Counted from the stretch's first letter, positions 42,535 to 54,119 are shown. The stretch is DNA of 64,000 bases from an uncultured beta proteobacterium (GCA_963784775.1 CAWAST010000010.1:81875-145874); one strand, 5' to 3'. Program-made: numbers and translations. Notes: generated by a model not told the origin, from the sequence alone.

Positions 42535-44490
42535 ATGGGAAGAATCATTGGTATCGATCTGGGAACCACCAACAGTTGCGTGTCCATCATGGAGGGCAAC
42601 ACGCCCAAGGTCATTGAAAACGCTGAAGGCGCGCGAACCACGCCCTCGGTGATTGCTTACCAGGAAGACGGTGAGGTTCTGGTTGGCGCGTCAGCCAAAC
42701 GCCAGGCTGTGACCAACCCGAAGAACACCCTGTACGCGGTGAAACGCCTCATCGGGCGCAAGTTCACCGAAAAAGAGGTGCAGAAAGACATCGATCTGAT
42801 GCCTTACAAAATTACCGCCGCCGACAATGGCGACGCCTGGGTCGAGGTGCGTGGCAACAAAATGGCGCCCCAGCAGGTCAGCGCCGACATTCTGCGCAAA
42901 ATGAAGAAGACGGCGGAGGACTACCTGGGTGAGCCCGTTACCGAGGCCGTCATCACGGTGCCTGCCTATTTCAATGACGCCCAGCGTCAGGCCACCAAGG
43001 ACGCGGGTCGCATTGCCGGTCTGGAAGTCAAGCGCATCATCAATGAGCCGACCGCTGCGGCACTGGCCTTTGGCATGGACAAGAACGAAAAGGGCGACCG
43101 CAAAATCGCTGTTTATGACCTGGGTGGCGGCACTTTTGACGTTTCCATCATTGAAATCGCCGATGTCGATGGCGAGAAACAGTTTGAAGTGCTCTCCACC
43201 AACGGCGACACCTTCCTGGGCGGCGAAGACTTTGACCAGCGCATCATCGACTTCATCATCGCTGAGTTCAAGAAAGACCAGGGCGTTGATCTGGGCAAAG
43301 ACGTGCTGGCCCTGCAGCGGCTGAAGGAAGCCGCCGAAAAAGCCAAGATCGAGCTCTCCAGCAGCGCGCAGACCGATATCAACCTGCCCTACGTGACCGC
43401 CGATGCGTCAGGTCCCAAGCACCTGAACATCAAGCTGACCCGCTCCAAACTCGAGTCGCTGGTGGAAGACCTGATCGAACGCACCATCGGACCCTGCCGT
43501 ACCGCCATCAAGGATGCTGGCGTCAGTGTCTCAGATATCAACGACGTGATCATGGTCGGCGGCATGACGCGCATGCCCAAGGTCCAGGAAAAGGTCAAGG
43601 CCCTGTTCGGCAAAGAGCCGCGCAAGGACGTCAACCCTGACGAAGCCGTCGCCGTGGGCGCGGCGATTCAAGGCCAGGTCCTCTCAGGAGACCGCAAGGA
43701 CGTGCTCTTGCTTGACGTCACGCCCCTGTCCCTGGGCATTGAAACCCTGGGCGGCGTCATGACCAAGATGATCACCAAGAACACGACCATCCCGACCAAG
43801 TTCGCTCAGACCTTCTCCACCGCCGATGACAACCAACCCGCCGTGACCATCAAGGTGTTCCAGGGTGAGCGCGAAATTGCTGCGGGCAACAAGATGCTCG
43901 GCGAGTTCAATCTGGAAGGTATTCCCCCGGCAGCGCGCGGTACTCCGCAGATCGAGGTGTCGTTCGACATCGACGCCAACGGCATCCTGCACGTGGGCGC
44001 CAAGGACAAGGGCACTGGCAAGGAAAACAAGATCACCATCAAGGCCAACTCGGGACTGACCGAGGCTGAAATTCAGCAAATGGTCAAAGACGCCGAACTC
44101 AATGCCGCCGACGACAAGAAGAAGCTCGAACTGGTGCAGGCCCGCAACCAGGGCGAAGCAAGTGTGCACAGCGTCAAGAAGAGCCTGACGGATTACGGCG
44201 ACAAACTCGAAGCAGGCGAAAAGGAAAAGATCGAGGCCGCGATCAAGGAGCTTGAAGACGCGCTCAAGGGTGATGACAAGACCACCATCGACGAAAAGAA
44301 CACGGCCTTGATGAATGCCAGCCAGAAACTGGGCGAGAAAATGTACGCCGATATGCAGGCCAAGGAAGCGGCCCAAGGCGGTTCGGCCAACGAGCAGGCC
44401 AATGCGGGTTCGGCGGGTGCGCAGGCAGAGCATGCGCCAGCAGACGACAACGTCGTCGACGCAGAGGTCAAGGAAGTCAAGAAGGACTAA
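42535..44490 (+). CDS. dnaK: molecular chaperone DnaK (Hsp70)
   Basis: 651 aa; [29 protein letters not shown]. Confidence 0.98.
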   Translation: MGRIIGIDLGTTNSCVSIMEGNTPKVIENAEGARTTPSVIAYQEDGEVLVGASAKRQAVTNPKNTLYAVKRLIGRKFTEKEVQKDIDLMPYKITAADNGDAWVEVRGNKMAPQQVSADILRKMKKTAEDYLGEPVTEAVITVPAYFNDAQRQATKDAGRIAGLEVKRIINEPTAAALAFGMDKNEKGDRKIAVYDLGGGTFDVSIIEIADVDGEKQFEVLSTNGDTFLGGEDFDQRIIDFIIAEFKKDQGVDLGKDVLALQRLKEAAEKAKIELSSSAQTDINLPYVTADASGPKHLNIKLTRSKLESLVEDLIERTIGPCRTAIKDAGVSVSDINDVIMVGGMTRMPKVQEKVKALFGKEPRKDVNPDEAVAVGAAIQGQVLSGDRKDVLLLDVTPLSLGIETLGGVMTKMITKNTTIPTKFAQTFSTADDNQPAVTIKVFQGEREIAAGNKMLGEFNLEGIPPAARGTPQIEVSFDIDANGILHVGAKDKGTGKENKITIKANSGLTEAEIQQMVKDAELNAADDKKKLELVQARNQGEASVHSVKKSLTDYGDKLEAGEKEKIEAAIKELEDALKGDDKTTIDEKNTALMNASQKLGEKMYADMQAKEAAQGGSANEQANAGSAGAQAEHAPADDNVVDAEVKEVKKD

Positions 44491-44516
44491 GCGCTTGCGC
44501 TGACAATGTTGAAACG

Positions 44517-44550
44517 CGCCGCGTTGAACACTTAGAGGTTCAACGCGGCG
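44517..44550 (+). promoter_or_regulatory. perfect 13-bp stem-loop in the dnaK-dnaJ spacer (attenuator / mRNA-processing candidate)
   Basis: CGCCGCGTTGAAC acttagag GTTCAACGCGGCG; no T-run follows. Confidence 0.5.
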
Positions 44551-44579
44551 TTGTTGCTGAAACCGGGCACTGAAAAACA

Positions 44580-45713
44580 ATGGCAAAAAGAGACTACTAC
44601 GACGTTTTGGGTGTTCCCAAGAACGCCTCGGATGAGGAAATAAAGAAGGCCTATCGCAAGCACGCGATGAAGCACCACCCTGACCGCAATCAGGGCGATG
44701 CGGCCAAAGTGGCCGAGGAAAAATTCAAGGAGTCCAAGGAAGCCTACGAAATGCTGTCGGACCCGCAAAAACGCGCGGCCTATGACCAGCATGGCCACGC
44801 CGGGGTCGATCCGAACATGCGCGGCGGCCCGGGCGGCGAAGGCTACGGCGGCTTTGCCGAGGCCTTTGGCGACATCTTTGGCGACATGTTTGGCCAGCAA
44901 CGCGGCCGCGCTGGTGGCGGGCGCCAGGTTTTCCGGGGTGCCGATCTGAGCTACGCCATGGAAGTCACGCTCGAAGAAGCGGCGCGCGGCAAGGACGCCC
45001 AGATCCGAATTCCGAGTTGGGAAGCCTGTGACGTGTGCCACGGCAGCGGCGCCAAACCCGGTACCCAGGCCAAGACCTGCGGCACCTGCGCGGGCTCAGG
45101 CTCGGTGCAGATGCGCCAGGGCTTCTTCAGCGTTCAGCAAACCTGCCCTACCTGCCGCGGCGCCGGGCGCGTGATTCCCGACCCTTGCACGGCCTGCCAT
45201 GGCCAGGGCAAGATCAAGAAACAAAAGACCCTGGAAGTGAAGATTCCGGGCGGCATCGACGGCGGCATGCGCATTCGCAGCGCGGGCAACGGCGAACCGG
45301 GCACCAATGGTGGCCCACCCGGAGACCTGTACATCGAGATTCGCCTCAAAAAGCACGATATCTTCGAGCGCGACGGCGACGACATTCATTGCACGGTGCC
45401 CATCAGCATCATCACTGCCACACTGGGTGGCGAGATTGATGTACCCACGCTGGACGGCAAGGCTGCCATCGACATTCCTGAAGGCACGCAGACCAACAAA
45501 CAGTTTCGTTTGCGCGGCAAGGGCATCAAGGGCGTACGGGCCAGTTACCCGGGCGATCTGTACTGCCACATCCTGGTGGAAACCCCGGTCAAACTCACCG
45601 AACATCAACGCAAACTGATGCGCGAGCTCGACGACTCACTGAAAAAAGGTGGCGCCAAGCATTCCCCCAGTGCGGACAGTTGGACCAACCGGCTAAAAAG
45701 TTTTTTTAGTTGA
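44580..45713 (+). CDS. dnaJ: molecular chaperone DnaJ
   Basis: 377 aa; J domain HPDRN, G/F region, four CxxCxGxG zinc repeats. Confidence 0.97.
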   Translation: MAKRDYYDVLGVPKNASDEEIKKAYRKHAMKHHPDRNQGDAAKVAEEKFKESKEAYEMLSDPQKRAAYDQHGHAGVDPNMRGGPGGEGYGGFAEAFGDIFGDMFGQQRGRAGGGRQVFRGADLSYAMEVTLEEAARGKDAQIRIPSWEACDVCHGSGAKPGTQAKTCGTCAGSGSVQMRQGFFSVQQTCPTCRGAGRVIPDPCTACHGQGKIKKQKTLEVKIPGGIDGGMRIRSAGNGEPGTNGGPPGDLYIEIRLKKHDIFERDGDDIHCTVPISIITATLGGEIDVPTLDGKAAIDIPEGTQTNKQFRLRGKGIKGVRASYPGDLYCHILVETPVKLTEHQRKLMRELDDSLKKGGAKHSPSADSWTNRLKSFFS

Positions 45714-45752
45714 TTGAAATCATCAGGCGCTCCGACAGGGCGTGCTAAATGG

Positions 45753-45790
45753 ATGCCGCACAGTGGTTCAACTACTGTGCGGCATTTTTT
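45753..45790 (+). terminator. rho-independent terminator after dnaJ
   Basis: ATGCCGCACAGT ggttcaact ACTGTGCGGCAT TTTTT. Confidence 0.8.
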
Positions 45791-45836
45791 ATGGGCCATG
45801 AGCCAGGGGCCGCGAGCACGATAAGGAGTCCCAACC

Positions 45837-47201
45837 ATGACAGTCACTATTTCCTTTCTGGGCGGCGCGGGAACCGTGACTGGCTCCAAGTACCTGGTGC
45901 GCCACGGTCAAGAGAGTCTGCTCGTGGACTGCGGTCTGTTTCAAGGTTACAAACCGCTTCGGCTTCGCAACCGGGAGCCGCTGCCGGTCGCTCCCGATCA
46001 GATTCATGCTGTCCTTCTGACGCATGCCCATCTGGACCACAGCGGCTATTTGCCGCTGCTGGTCAAAAATGGCTTTTCCGGCCCGGTCTACGCCACCAGC
46101 GGCACCCGCGATTTGTGCCGGATTCTGCTCCCCGACAGCGGACACATTCAGGAAGAGGATGCTGCCTTCGCCAACCGCCATGGATTTTCGAAGCACGCGC
46201 CCGCTTTGCCGCTGTACACCCGACAGGACGCGCTCGATTGTCTGCTCCGGATCAAAGCGGTTGGTCTGAACAAGACGGTTACCCCCTTGCCCGGCTGGAA
46301 AGCCACGTTTTCGACGGCCGGTCACATCCTGGGCGCATCCAGCATCCTCGTGGAGGTCGCCGGGCGACGCCTCCTGTTCTCGGGTGACCTGGGCCGCCCC
46401 GATGATCTCATCATGAACCCTCCCGCCAATGCGCCCCTCGCCAATACTGTATTAATCGAATCCACCTATGGAGACCGCGCGCACCCCAAGGAGGACGTAC
46501 TGACCGAGTTGGCATCGCCCCTGAAGAAGCTCGCCAAGCGCGGCGGTGTGGCCGTGATTCCCGTATTCGCCGTGGGTCGGGCGCAAGCGCTGCTGCACGC
46601 CATTCACCAACTCAAGCTTCGCGGTGATCTTCCCCACGCCATGCCGGTCTTTTTGGACAGCCCGATGGCGGTACACAGCACGCATTTGTTCGAACAGCAT
46701 CCGGAAGAGCACCGGCTCAGCGCAAAAGAAGCTCACGCGCTCACCCGCTGCGCCACCATGGTTTCCAGCACGGATGAGTCACGGGCTCTGGCCAAGCGAC
46801 ATGGCCCGATGATCATTTTGTCGGCCAGCGGCATGGCCACTGGGGGACGGGTGCTGCACCATCTGGCACTGTATGCAGGCAATCACCGCAACATGGTCAT
46901 TCTGACTGGTTTTCAGGCGCCCGGCACCCGGGGCGCGGCACTGGCCAGTGGTGCGGCCTCGGTGCGCATCCATGGGCGCGATATTCCCGTCAGCGCTGAA
47001 CTTGTGCAACTGCAGTCTGCCTCGGCCCATGCCGACGGCAACCAACTGCTGGCGTGGCTTCGCACCATGCCCCAGGCACCTGATCAGGTCTATGTGGTGC
47101 ACGGAGAATTGGGAGCGTCAGACGAACTGCGCAAGCGCATCAAGCACGAACTGGGCTGGCGGGCCGTTGTCCCCGAGCATGGCTCGACTTGGCCCACTTG
47201 A
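45837..47201 (+). CDS. MBL-fold metallo-hydrolase of the beta-CASP (RNA-metabolising) family
   Basis: 454 aa; LTHAHLDHSG, beta-CASP and C-terminal ...SAHADGNQLL..VHGE. Confidence 0.8.
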   Translation: MTVTISFLGGAGTVTGSKYLVRHGQESLLVDCGLFQGYKPLRLRNREPLPVAPDQIHAVLLTHAHLDHSGYLPLLVKNGFSGPVYATSGTRDLCRILLPDSGHIQEEDAAFANRHGFSKHAPALPLYTRQDALDCLLRIKAVGLNKTVTPLPGWKATFSTAGHILGASSILVEVAGRRLLFSGDLGRPDDLIMNPPANAPLANTVLIESTYGDRAHPKEDVLTELASPLKKLAKRGGVAVIPVFAVGRAQALLHAIHQLKLRGDLPHAMPVFLDSPMAVHSTHLFEQHPEEHRLSAKEAHALTRCATMVSSTDESRALAKRHGPMIILSASGMATGGRVLHHLALYAGNHRNMVILTGFQAPGTRGAALASGAASVRIHGRDIPVSAELVQLQSASAHADGNQLLAWLRTMPQAPDQVYVVHGELGASDELRKRIKHELGWRAVVPEHGSTWPT

Positions 47202-47350
47202 GTTCGGAAACGAAAATGAACCCAACGCGGTTAACTTAGAAATCAAATTTCAGTATCCATGCCGACATCCCCAATGCAGCGCCAGTGGCTTTTGACCAAG
47301 CCACCCAGGCAGGCAACAGTAGAAATTGTGCCGGCCAGGTCTCAAGCGTC

Positions 47351-48046
47351 ATGATGTTTACGTCCTACCCGGTTCTCTACTCTTTTCGTCGTTGTCCGTA
47401 CGCGATGCGCGCGCGTTTGGCACTGCTGGCGAGTGCCCAGATGTGCGAACTGCGTGAGGTAGCACTTGGGCGCAAACCGCAAGCCATGCTGCAGGCATCG
47501 GTCAAAGGCACTGTGCCGGTGTTGGTGCTGCCCAATGGAGAGGTCGTGGACCAAAGTCTGGAGATTATGCTGTGGGCACTGCGCCGCCATGACCCTCAGC
47601 ACTGGCTTCAATCTCACAACGCTGGGTTGCAGGACGACATGCAACTGATTGCGCAATGTGACAGTGAATTCAAGTTTCATCTGGATCGGTATAAATACCC
47701 CAACCGATTCGACCTGCGCTCTGGAAACGATCATCGGGACCAAGGCGCGGTATTTTTGGAGCAACTCAACACCAGGCTGGCGGGTCGGCATTGTTTGTCA
47801 GGTGACCGCGAGGGGCTGACAGATGCCGCCATCGCGCCCTTTGTCCGCCAGTTCGCCCACACCGACCCGACATGGTTCGCCAGCCAACCCTGGACCGCAC
47901 TGCAAGCGTGGCTTACCACCTTTGAAAAGTCGCCAGCCTTTGCCCAAATCATGGAGAAACATGCCCCCTGGGGGCCTTCTCAGGCGCCGGTCCTATTCCC
48001 TGCCGTTACAGCAATCGTTCTCGTGCCTGGGCATACTCGCGCTTGA
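47351..48046 (+). CDS. glutathione S-transferase-like protein
   Basis: ATG 47351 in ORF 47285..48046. VLYSFRRCPYAMRARLAL thioredoxin-like N-domain. Confidence 0.65.
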   Translation: MMFTSYPVLYSFRRCPYAMRARLALLASAQMCELREVALGRKPQAMLQASVKGTVPVLVLPNGEVVDQSLEIMLWALRRHDPQHWLQSHNAGLQDDMQLIAQCDSEFKFHLDRYKYPNRFDLRSGNDHRDQGAVFLEQLNTRLAGRHCLSGDREGLTDAAIAPFVRQFAHTDPTWFASQPWTALQAWLTTFEKSPAFAQIMEKHAPWGPSQAPVLFPAVTAIVLVPGHTRA

Positions 48047-48956
48047 GCTGCACCACGTAATCGGCCGTGCTTTGAATTCTGTCGACTGCACCAATACCCT
48101 GGCCGCAGCCCCAGATGTCTTTCCAGGCTTTGGTGCGGTCGCCGCCGAAGTTCATCTTGCTGGGGTCGCTTTCGGGCAAGTGCTCGGGGTCCATGCCAGC
48201 GTTGCGGATGCTGGCGGCCAGGTAGTTGCCATGGACGCCCGTAAAGAGATTCGTGTAGACAATGTCGTCCGACGTGCTATCCACAATGGCCTGCTTGTAG
48301 TCCTGACTTGCTCGCGCCTCCAAGGTCGCAATGAAAGCCGAGCCGATATAGGCGAAGTCCGCGCCCATCGCCTGGGCCGCCAGGACCGCGCCGCCGGTCG
48401 ATATCGCGCCACTGAGCACCAAAGGGCCGTCAAACCACTGGCGAATTTCCTGAACCAACGCAAACGGGCTCTTCACACCCGCGTGCCCGCCCGCGCCGGC
48501 GGCCACCGCAATCAGGCCGTCGGCACCCTTCTCTATGGCTTTGTGGGCGTGTTTGTTGTTGATGACATCGTGCAACACTACGCCGCCATAGGAATGGGCC
48601 GCGGCGTTGATGTCTTCGCGCGCGCCCAGCGAAGTGATGATGATGGGCACCTTGTACTTCACGCACAGCGCCATGTCATGCTCCAGCCGGTCGTTGCTCT
48701 TGTGAACAATCTGGTTGATCGCAAAGGGCGCTGCGAGTTGGTCCGGATGGGCCTTGTTGTGGGTCGCCAAAGCCTCGGTGATTTCGAGCAACCAGTCTTC
48801 CAACTGCTCGGCGGGCCGTGCATTGAGCGCAGGCATGGAACCCACCACTCCGGCAATGCACTGGGCAATCACCAACTGCGGCGTGCTGATGATGAACATG
48901 GGAGAGCCGATCACCGGGAACGGCAGGCTATTGAGGGGGGCGGGAAGCCTGGGCAT
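48006..48956 (-). CDS. nitronate monooxygenase / NAD(P)H-dependent flavin oxidoreductase family
   Basis: ORF 48006..49007 (TTG) trimmed to ATG 48956 (MPRLPAPLNSLPFPVIGSPMF). ...IAVAAGAGGHAG. Confidence 0.78.
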   Translation of the reverse strand: MPRLPAPLNSLPFPVIGSPMFIISTPQLVIAQCIAGVVGSMPALNARPAEQLEDWLLEITEALATHNKAHPDQLAAPFAINQIVHKSNDRLEHDMALCVKYKVPIIITSLGAREDINAAAHSYGGVVLHDVINNKHAHKAIEKGADGLIAVAAGAGGHAGVKSPFALVQEIRQWFDGPLVLSGAISTGGAVLAAQAMGADFAYIGSAFIATLEARASQDYKQAIVDSTSDDIVYTNLFTGVHGNYLAASIRNAGMDPEHLPESDPSKMNFGGDRTKAWKDIWGCGQGIGAVDRIQSTADYVVQLKREYAQARERLL

Positions 48957-49032
48957 GAATTTTCCAATGGTTGAATGGTCCGGGAAGCTGTCCGCCCTGC
49001 AAGGCAACAGGACTGGACTTATATGCTTTTTC

Positions 49033-49080
49033 GGCTACAAGTCCGCGTCACGTATGCAATTGGACTATCAAATAGATAGC
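49033..49080 (-). repeat. dispersed ~48-nt repeat, copy 5 (most diverged)
   Basis: rc = GCTATCTATTTGATAGTCCAATTGCATACGTGACGCGGACTTGTAGCC; 13 nt after the acyl-CoA dehydrogenase stop, co-oriented. Confidence 0.55.
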
Positions 49081-49093
49081 ACGAAGAATAGGT

Positions 49094-50884
49094 TCAGAAT
49101 GCGTCCAGCTCCATGGCCGTAACGGATTCAAACCCCTCAACGATGGAATTGCGCAGGCCGCCAACTTTGGTCAGCAGGTGATCGGCATAGAACCGTGCCG
49201 TGATAATTTTGGCTTTCATGAACGCCACATCCACGCCGTTGGCCAACTCGTCCTGTGCCACCAGCAACGCGCGGGCAAGTTGCCAGCCCGACATCAGGTT
49301 GCCCGCGAGCATCAGGTAGGGCACGCTGCCCGAGAACACGGCATTGGGTTGGGTTTTGGTGTTGGTCAGCACGAAGTTGACCACGTCCACAAAAGCTTCG
49401 CGGGCGCGCCCAAGACGCTTGGCCACGGCCAGTGCGTCGGCGTTGGCGCTTCGCGTCAGTGCACCTTCCGTCGCTTCAATTTGCTGAGCGAGCGCCATGG
49501 CCGTTTTGCCGCCGTCACGCAAGGTCTTGCGCCCCACCAGGTCGTTGGCCTGAATGGCGGTGGTGCCCTCGTAGATCGGGAGAATCCGGGCGTCACGCAG
49601 GTATTGGGCGGCACCGGTTTCTTCGATGTAGCCCATCCCGCCGTGCACCTGCACGCCCAGCGAGGCGACCTCGACGCTCATCTCGGTGCTGTAGCCCTTG
49701 ATGAGGGGCACCAGAAATTCATAAACCGCCTGATTCTGCTTGCGCGTCTGCGGATCGGTGTGATGGTGTGCCGCGTCGTAAGCGGCTGCGCCCACCGTGG
49801 CCATCGCACGGCAGCCTTCGGTGTAGGCGCGCATGGTCATGAGCATGCGCTTGACATCGGGGTGGTGAATGATGGGCGCCGCTGCGGGCATGGAACCATC
49901 GACCGGGCGGCTTTGCACCCGCTCGCGGGCGAACTCGACCGCCTTTTGGTACGCACGATCGGCCACTGCGATGCCCTGCACGCCCACACCAAAACGCGCC
50001 GCATTCATCATAATGAACATGTACTCGAGGCCCCGGTTTTCTTCACCCACCAGGTAACCCACCGCACCGCCGTGGTCACCGAATTGCAAAACCGCCGTCG
50101 GGCTGGCCTTGATGCCGAGCTTGTGCTCGATGCTCACGCATTGCACGTCGTTGCGGGCACCCAGCGAACGGTCCTTGTTCACCATGAATTTGGGCACAAC
50201 AAACAGGCTGATGCCCTTGACCCCTTCGGGCGCTCCGGCCACGCGGGCCAGCACCAGATGCACGATGTTTTCGGCCATGTCATGGTCACCCCAGGTGATG
50301 AACACCTTGGTGCCTGAGACCTTGTAGCTGCCGTCCGCCTGTGGCTCAGCGCGCGAGCGCACTGCAGCCAGATCGCTTCCGGCCTGGGGCTCGGTCAGGT
50401 TCATGGTGCCAGTCCATTTGCCGTTGACCAGATTCTCCAAATAGATCGCATTGAGTTCGGGCGAGCCGGCGGTGAGCAGCGCCTCGATGGCACCATCGGT
50501 CAGCAACGGGCACAGCGCAAAGCTCACATTGGCCGCGTTCTGCATCTCGCCGCAAGCCGCGCCTATGACTTTGGGCAGGCCCTGACCGCCACAATCAACC
50601 GGATGCTGCAAACCCTGCCAGCCGCCCTGCGTGAACTGTGCAAACGCTTCCTTGAAACCGGGCGTTGCAGTCACCGCGCCGTCGTTCCAGCTCGATGGGT
50701 TCTTGTCGCCCTCCCAGTTAAGCGGGCTGAGCACGCCTTCGTTGAATTTGGCAGCCTCTTCGAGCACCGCTTGCGCGGTCTCGAAACCGGCATCTTCAAA
50801 GCCAGGCATCTGGGCAATTTGATCAATACCGGCGAGGTGCCTGATATTGAAAAGCATATCTTTCACGGGGGCGATGTAGCTCAT
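49094..50884 (-). CDS. long-form acyl-CoA dehydrogenase (FadE-like, ~596 aa)
   Basis: ACAD N/M/C domains plus C-terminal extension; GGMGYIEETG. Confidence 0.85.
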   Translation of the reverse strand: MSYIAPVKDMLFNIRHLAGIDQIAQMPGFEDAGFETAQAVLEEAAKFNEGVLSPLNWEGDKNPSSWNDGAVTATPGFKEAFAQFTQGGWQGLQHPVDCGGQGLPKVIGAACGEMQNAANVSFALCPLLTDGAIEALLTAGSPELNAIYLENLVNGKWTGTMNLTEPQAGSDLAAVRSRAEPQADGSYKVSGTKVFITWGDHDMAENIVHLVLARVAGAPEGVKGISLFVVPKFMVNKDRSLGARNDVQCVSIEHKLGIKASPTAVLQFGDHGGAVGYLVGEENRGLEYMFIMMNAARFGVGVQGIAVADRAYQKAVEFARERVQSRPVDGSMPAAAPIIHHPDVKRMLMTMRAYTEGCRAMATVGAAAYDAAHHHTDPQTRKQNQAVYEFLVPLIKGYSTEMSVEVASLGVQVHGGMGYIEETGAAQYLRDARILPIYEGTTAIQANDLVGRKTLRDGGKTAMALAQQIEATEGALTRSANADALAVAKRLGRAREAFVDVVNFVLTNTKTQPNAVFSGSVPYLMLAGNLMSGWQLARALLVAQDELANGVDVAFMKAKIITARFYADHLLTKVGGLRNSIVEGFESVTAMELDAF

Positions 50885-50936
50885 AACGAGTCTCCAGGGG
50901 GATTTTCAGTAAGAGGGTGCGAATCCGAAACCATCG

Positions 50937-50963
50937 AAAAAAAAGGCACCGACCCGCGATGCC
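50937..50963 (-). terminator. candidate intrinsic terminator after etfA
   Basis: Minus strand GGCATCGCGGGTCGGTGCC followed by TTTTTTTT, 16 nt after the etfA stop; stem is imperfect. Confidence 0.45.
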
Positions 50964-50978
50964 CCTTTTTGGTTTGGT

Positions 50979-51911
50979 TTACAGCGCAGCAATCAGCTCA
51001 GGCACTGCAACGAACAGGTCAGCTTCCAGCCCGTAATCGGCGACAGCAAAGATCGGGGCTTCCGCATCCTTGTTGATGGCAACGATGACCTTGGAGTCCT
51101 TCATGCCCGCCAGGTGCTGGATGGCTCCGCTGATGCCACAGGCGATGTAAAGCTGGGGAGCCACGATCTTGCCGGTCTGGCCTACCTGCCAGTCATTGGG
51201 CGCATAGCCTGCATCCACTGCGGCGCGGGTTGCGCCCAGGGCGGCGCCAAGCTTGTCGGCCAGCGGAGTGAGCACCGAGTCGAACTTTTCACTCGACGCC
51301 AGGGCTCGGCCACCGGCAACAATGACCTTGGCGGCCGTCAACTCGGGGCGGTCGCTTTTTGCGATTTCAGCACCCACGAAGCTCGACTTGCCGCTGTCGG
51401 CGATGGCCGTCACACTCTCAACCGCTGCAGAACCGCCCGTGGCGGCGGCGGCATCGAAGCCAGTGGTGCGAACCGTGATGACCTTGATGGAATCGGCGCT
51501 TTGCACTGTGGCAATGGCGTTGCCCGCGTAGATCGGCGTATCAAACGTATCGGCCGCGGCCACCTTGATCACGTCCGAAATCTGGCCCACATCGAGCTTG
51601 GCTGCCACCCGGGGAGCGATATTCTTGCCCGAGGCCGTGGCCGCAAACACGATATGACTGTAGTTTGAGGCGATAGCGAGCACCTGGGCCGCCACGTTTT
51701 CAGCCAAGCCGTGGGTGAAAGCCTCGCTCTCGGCATGCAGCACTTTGGCGACACCAGCAATTTGCCCGGCAGCAGCAGCCGCGGCAGACGCATTGGCGCC
51801 AGCCACCAGCACGTGGACATCGCTGTCGCACTGCAGGGCTGCGGTGATTGCATTGAGGGTGGCGACCTTGACGGACGCGTTGTCATGTTCGGCAATTACA
51901 AGAGCTGTCAT
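50979..51911 (-). CDS. etfA: electron transfer flavoprotein subunit alpha
   Basis: 310 aa; ...[29 protein letters not shown]. Confidence 0.93.
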   Translation of the reverse strand: MTALVIAEHDNASVKVATLNAITAALQCDSDVHVLVAGANASAAAAAAGQIAGVAKVLHAESEAFTHGLAENVAAQVLAIASNYSHIVFAATASGKNIAPRVAAKLDVGQISDVIKVAAADTFDTPIYAGNAIATVQSADSIKVITVRTTGFDAAAATGGSAAVESVTAIADSGKSSFVGAEIAKSDRPELTAAKVIVAGGRALASSEKFDSVLTPLADKLGAALGATRAAVDAGYAPNDWQVGQTGKIVAPQLYIACGISGAIQHLAGMKDSKVIVAINKDAEAPIFAVADYGLEADLFVAVPELIAAL

Positions 51912-52661
51912 TTAGATCACCTTCGCTTCGTTCTTGAGTTTAGCCACCAGCGTGGCAACGTCTGGCACCATGATGCCGGCCCCGCGCTTGGGCGGCTCGG
52001 TGACCTTGAGAGTCTTGATACCGGATGTGACGTCAACGCCGAGGTCCTCGGGTTTGACGATGTCAAGCTGTTTCTTCTTGGCCTTCATGATGTTGGGCAG
52101 CGTCACATAACGCGGCTCGTTCAGGCGCAGGTCAGCGGTGATGATGGCCGGCAGCGTCAGCGAGAGTGTTTCAGAGCCGCCATCGACTTCTCGTGACACC
52201 ACTGCTTTGCCATCAGCGACTTCCACTTTGCTTGCAAACGTGGCTTGCGGCAGGTCAGCCAGTGCTGCGAGCATCTGGCCGGTCTGGTTGCAGTCATCAT
52301 CGATGGCCTGCTTACCCAGAATCACCAGTCCCGGTTGCTCTTTGTCCACCAGGGCTTTGAGCAGCTTGGCCACGGCCAGAGGCTGCAACTGGGCCGTTGT
52401 TTCCACCAGAATGGCGCGATCGGCCCCAATGGCCATGGCAGTGCGCAACGTTTCCTGGCACTGCGCCACTCCGCACGACACCGCGATGATTTCGGTGGCG
52501 ATGCCTTTTTCCTTCAGACGCACGGCCTCTTCAACAGCGATTTCATCAAAGGGGTTCATGCTCATTTTGACGTTGGCGGTCTCTACACCCGTGTTGTCCG
52601 ACTTGACTCGGACCTTGACGTTGTAGTCCACCACGCGTTTGACTGCGACAAGGACTTTCAT
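51912..52661 (-). CDS. etfB: electron transfer flavoprotein subunit beta
   Basis: 249 aa; [20 protein letters not shown]. Confidence 0.93.
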   Translation of the reverse strand: MKVLVAVKRVVDYNVKVRVKSDNTGVETANVKMSMNPFDEIAVEEAVRLKEKGIATEIIAVSCGVAQCQETLRTAMAIGADRAILVETTAQLQPLAVAKLLKALVDKEQPGLVILGKQAIDDDCNQTGQMLAALADLPQATFASKVEVADGKAVVSREVDGGSETLSLTLPAIITADLRLNEPRYVTLPNIMKAKKKQLDIVKPEDLGVDVTSGIKTLKVTEPPKRGAGIMVPDVATLVAKLKNEAKVI

Positions 52662-52719
52662 TGGGACGACTCCAGATAGTTACGAATTCAAAAATGTGCC
52701 ACGCCTGTGCGCCGGGCGC

Positions 52720-52737
52720 ATTGACGTGCACGTCAAT
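52720..52737. promoter_or_regulatory. perfect 18-bp palindrome upstream of etfBA (operator candidate)
   Basis: ATTGACGTGCACGTCAAT, 59 nt upstream of the etfB ATG. A second near-palindrome, GTCATGtgCATGAC, lies ~40 nt further upstream. Confidence 0.35.
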
Positions 52738-52850
52738 CGGACAATTCTATGCCGCAACTGCCGCCCACCCCGTCATGTGCATGACACCCAAGGGCAACCG
52801 TCGCAAAATAGAACGATCGTGCTTTTTTATTATATCCACAAGAAAAATGT

Positions 52851-54119
52851 TCATTGCTCCGTGCGCATGTGCACCACGCGCTGCGGATATGGGATCTCGA
52901 TGTGGTGTGCTCGCAGCGCGGCAAGAACATCCAGATTGATCAGGGATTTCAAGTTATCACTGCCATTCTCAGGGTCGGAAATCCAGTAGCCGAGCTTGAA
53001 TTCAAGCCCGTCGGCACCAAAAGCGATCAGATTGGCAGAGGGTCCGGGGTCACGCAACACGCGCTCGTGGTTCAGCGCCGATTGTCTAAGCAAGGCCGCG
53101 ACCAGTTCCACATCGCTGTCGTAGGCCACCGAGACGAGGGTGAACTGAAAAACCAGCGTATCGGCCAGCGAAAGGTTCTCGACCCGGCTGGTGATCAGCA
53201 TTTCATTGGGCACGATAGACTCGCGTCCGGCCAGGGACCGGATCACTGTGTAACGGGCATTGATTTCAGTGATGCGCCCCTCAAAGCTGTCAATTTTCAC
53301 GCTGTCACCGATTCGCACACTGCGCTCGGCCAGAATGACAAAACCGCTGACATAGTTGGCCGCAAGCTTTTGCAGTCCGAAACCGATGCCCACACCAATG
53401 GCACCGCCCAACACCGACAGCGCCGTCAGGTCGATGCCGACAGCGGACAGGGCCACCAGCAGCCCCACAAACATCAGCAGCGCCCGGGTGGCGTTGCTCA
53501 CGGCCTTGCGCACGGAGAGCTCACTCCCCGTGGCGGAGCGCAGCAATCGCGACTCAATGGCAGAAGAGACCCACAAGGCAAGGATCAGCACCCCGCCGGC
53601 TGTGAGAATGCCTTCGATCAGGGTGCGCACAGAGAGCTTGGAGTGGCCCACCGTCCAGGTGATCTCGTCGAGCTCTGCCAGCACCAGGGGGAGCAAGCCA
53701 CTGACCCACAGCACCAAGGCCAGCCACACCGCCCATGAGATGGTTCGCTCAAGCAGTCGCACCATCGGCGTCTCGCTGAAGGCCGCTTGCAGAACCTTGA
53801 CCCCGGTGCGGATCACCAGCAGCGAGATCAAAATGGGAATGGCAACCTTGAAAACCGCCAAATCCATCCAGTGCGTCAGCACGCGCCTGGCAATCAAAGC
53901 CAGGCACAGCAACAGCACGGGGAACAACACACCATCAATGATGCGCTTGCCAAACATGATGGAGGAGCGGCTGCGCGCGCCGCCGGCACGACACACCAGA
54001 TCGGCCAGGGCCCAGGCCACCACAGCGCACAGCGCCAGCGCCCCGAGCTCCATCAGGGCCGAGGCGTGATTGAGCGCCTCCAGCCAGAGGCCCAGATCGG
54101 GAACCGTCGTCTCAGACAT
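52851..54119 (-). CDS. mechanosensitive ion channel (MscS family) protein
   Basis: ORF 52851..54149 trimmed to ATG 54119 ([10 protein letters not shown]). TM region followed by [28 protein letters not shown] beta-domain. Confidence 0.8.
   Translation of the reverse strand: MSETTVPDLGLWLEALNHASALMELGALALCAVVAWALADLVCRAGGARSRSSIMFGKRIIDGVLFPVLLLCLALIARRVLTHWMDLAVFKVAIPILISLLVIRTGVKVLQAAFSETPMVRLLERTISWAVWLALVLWVSGLLPLVLAELDEITWTVGHSKLSVRTLIEGILTAGGVLILALWVSSAIESRLLRSATGSELSVRKAVSNATRALLMFVGLLVALSAVGIDLTALSVLGGAIGVGIGFGLQKLAANYVSGFVILAERSVRIGDSVKIDSFEGRITEINARYTVIRSLAGRESIVPNEMLITSRVENLSLADTLVFQFTLVSVAYDSDVELVAALLRQSALNHERVLRDPGPSANLIAFGADGLEFKLGYWISDPENGSDNLKSLINLDVLAALRAHHIEIPYPQRVVHMRTEQ

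Noticed and set aside
47300-47325. 7-bp stem hairpin GTGGCTT-ttgacc-AAGCCAC upstream of the GST-like gene.
   Set aside because: It is short, has no T-run, and lies inside the long version of the GST-like ORF. There is insufficient evidence for a terminator or an sRNA.
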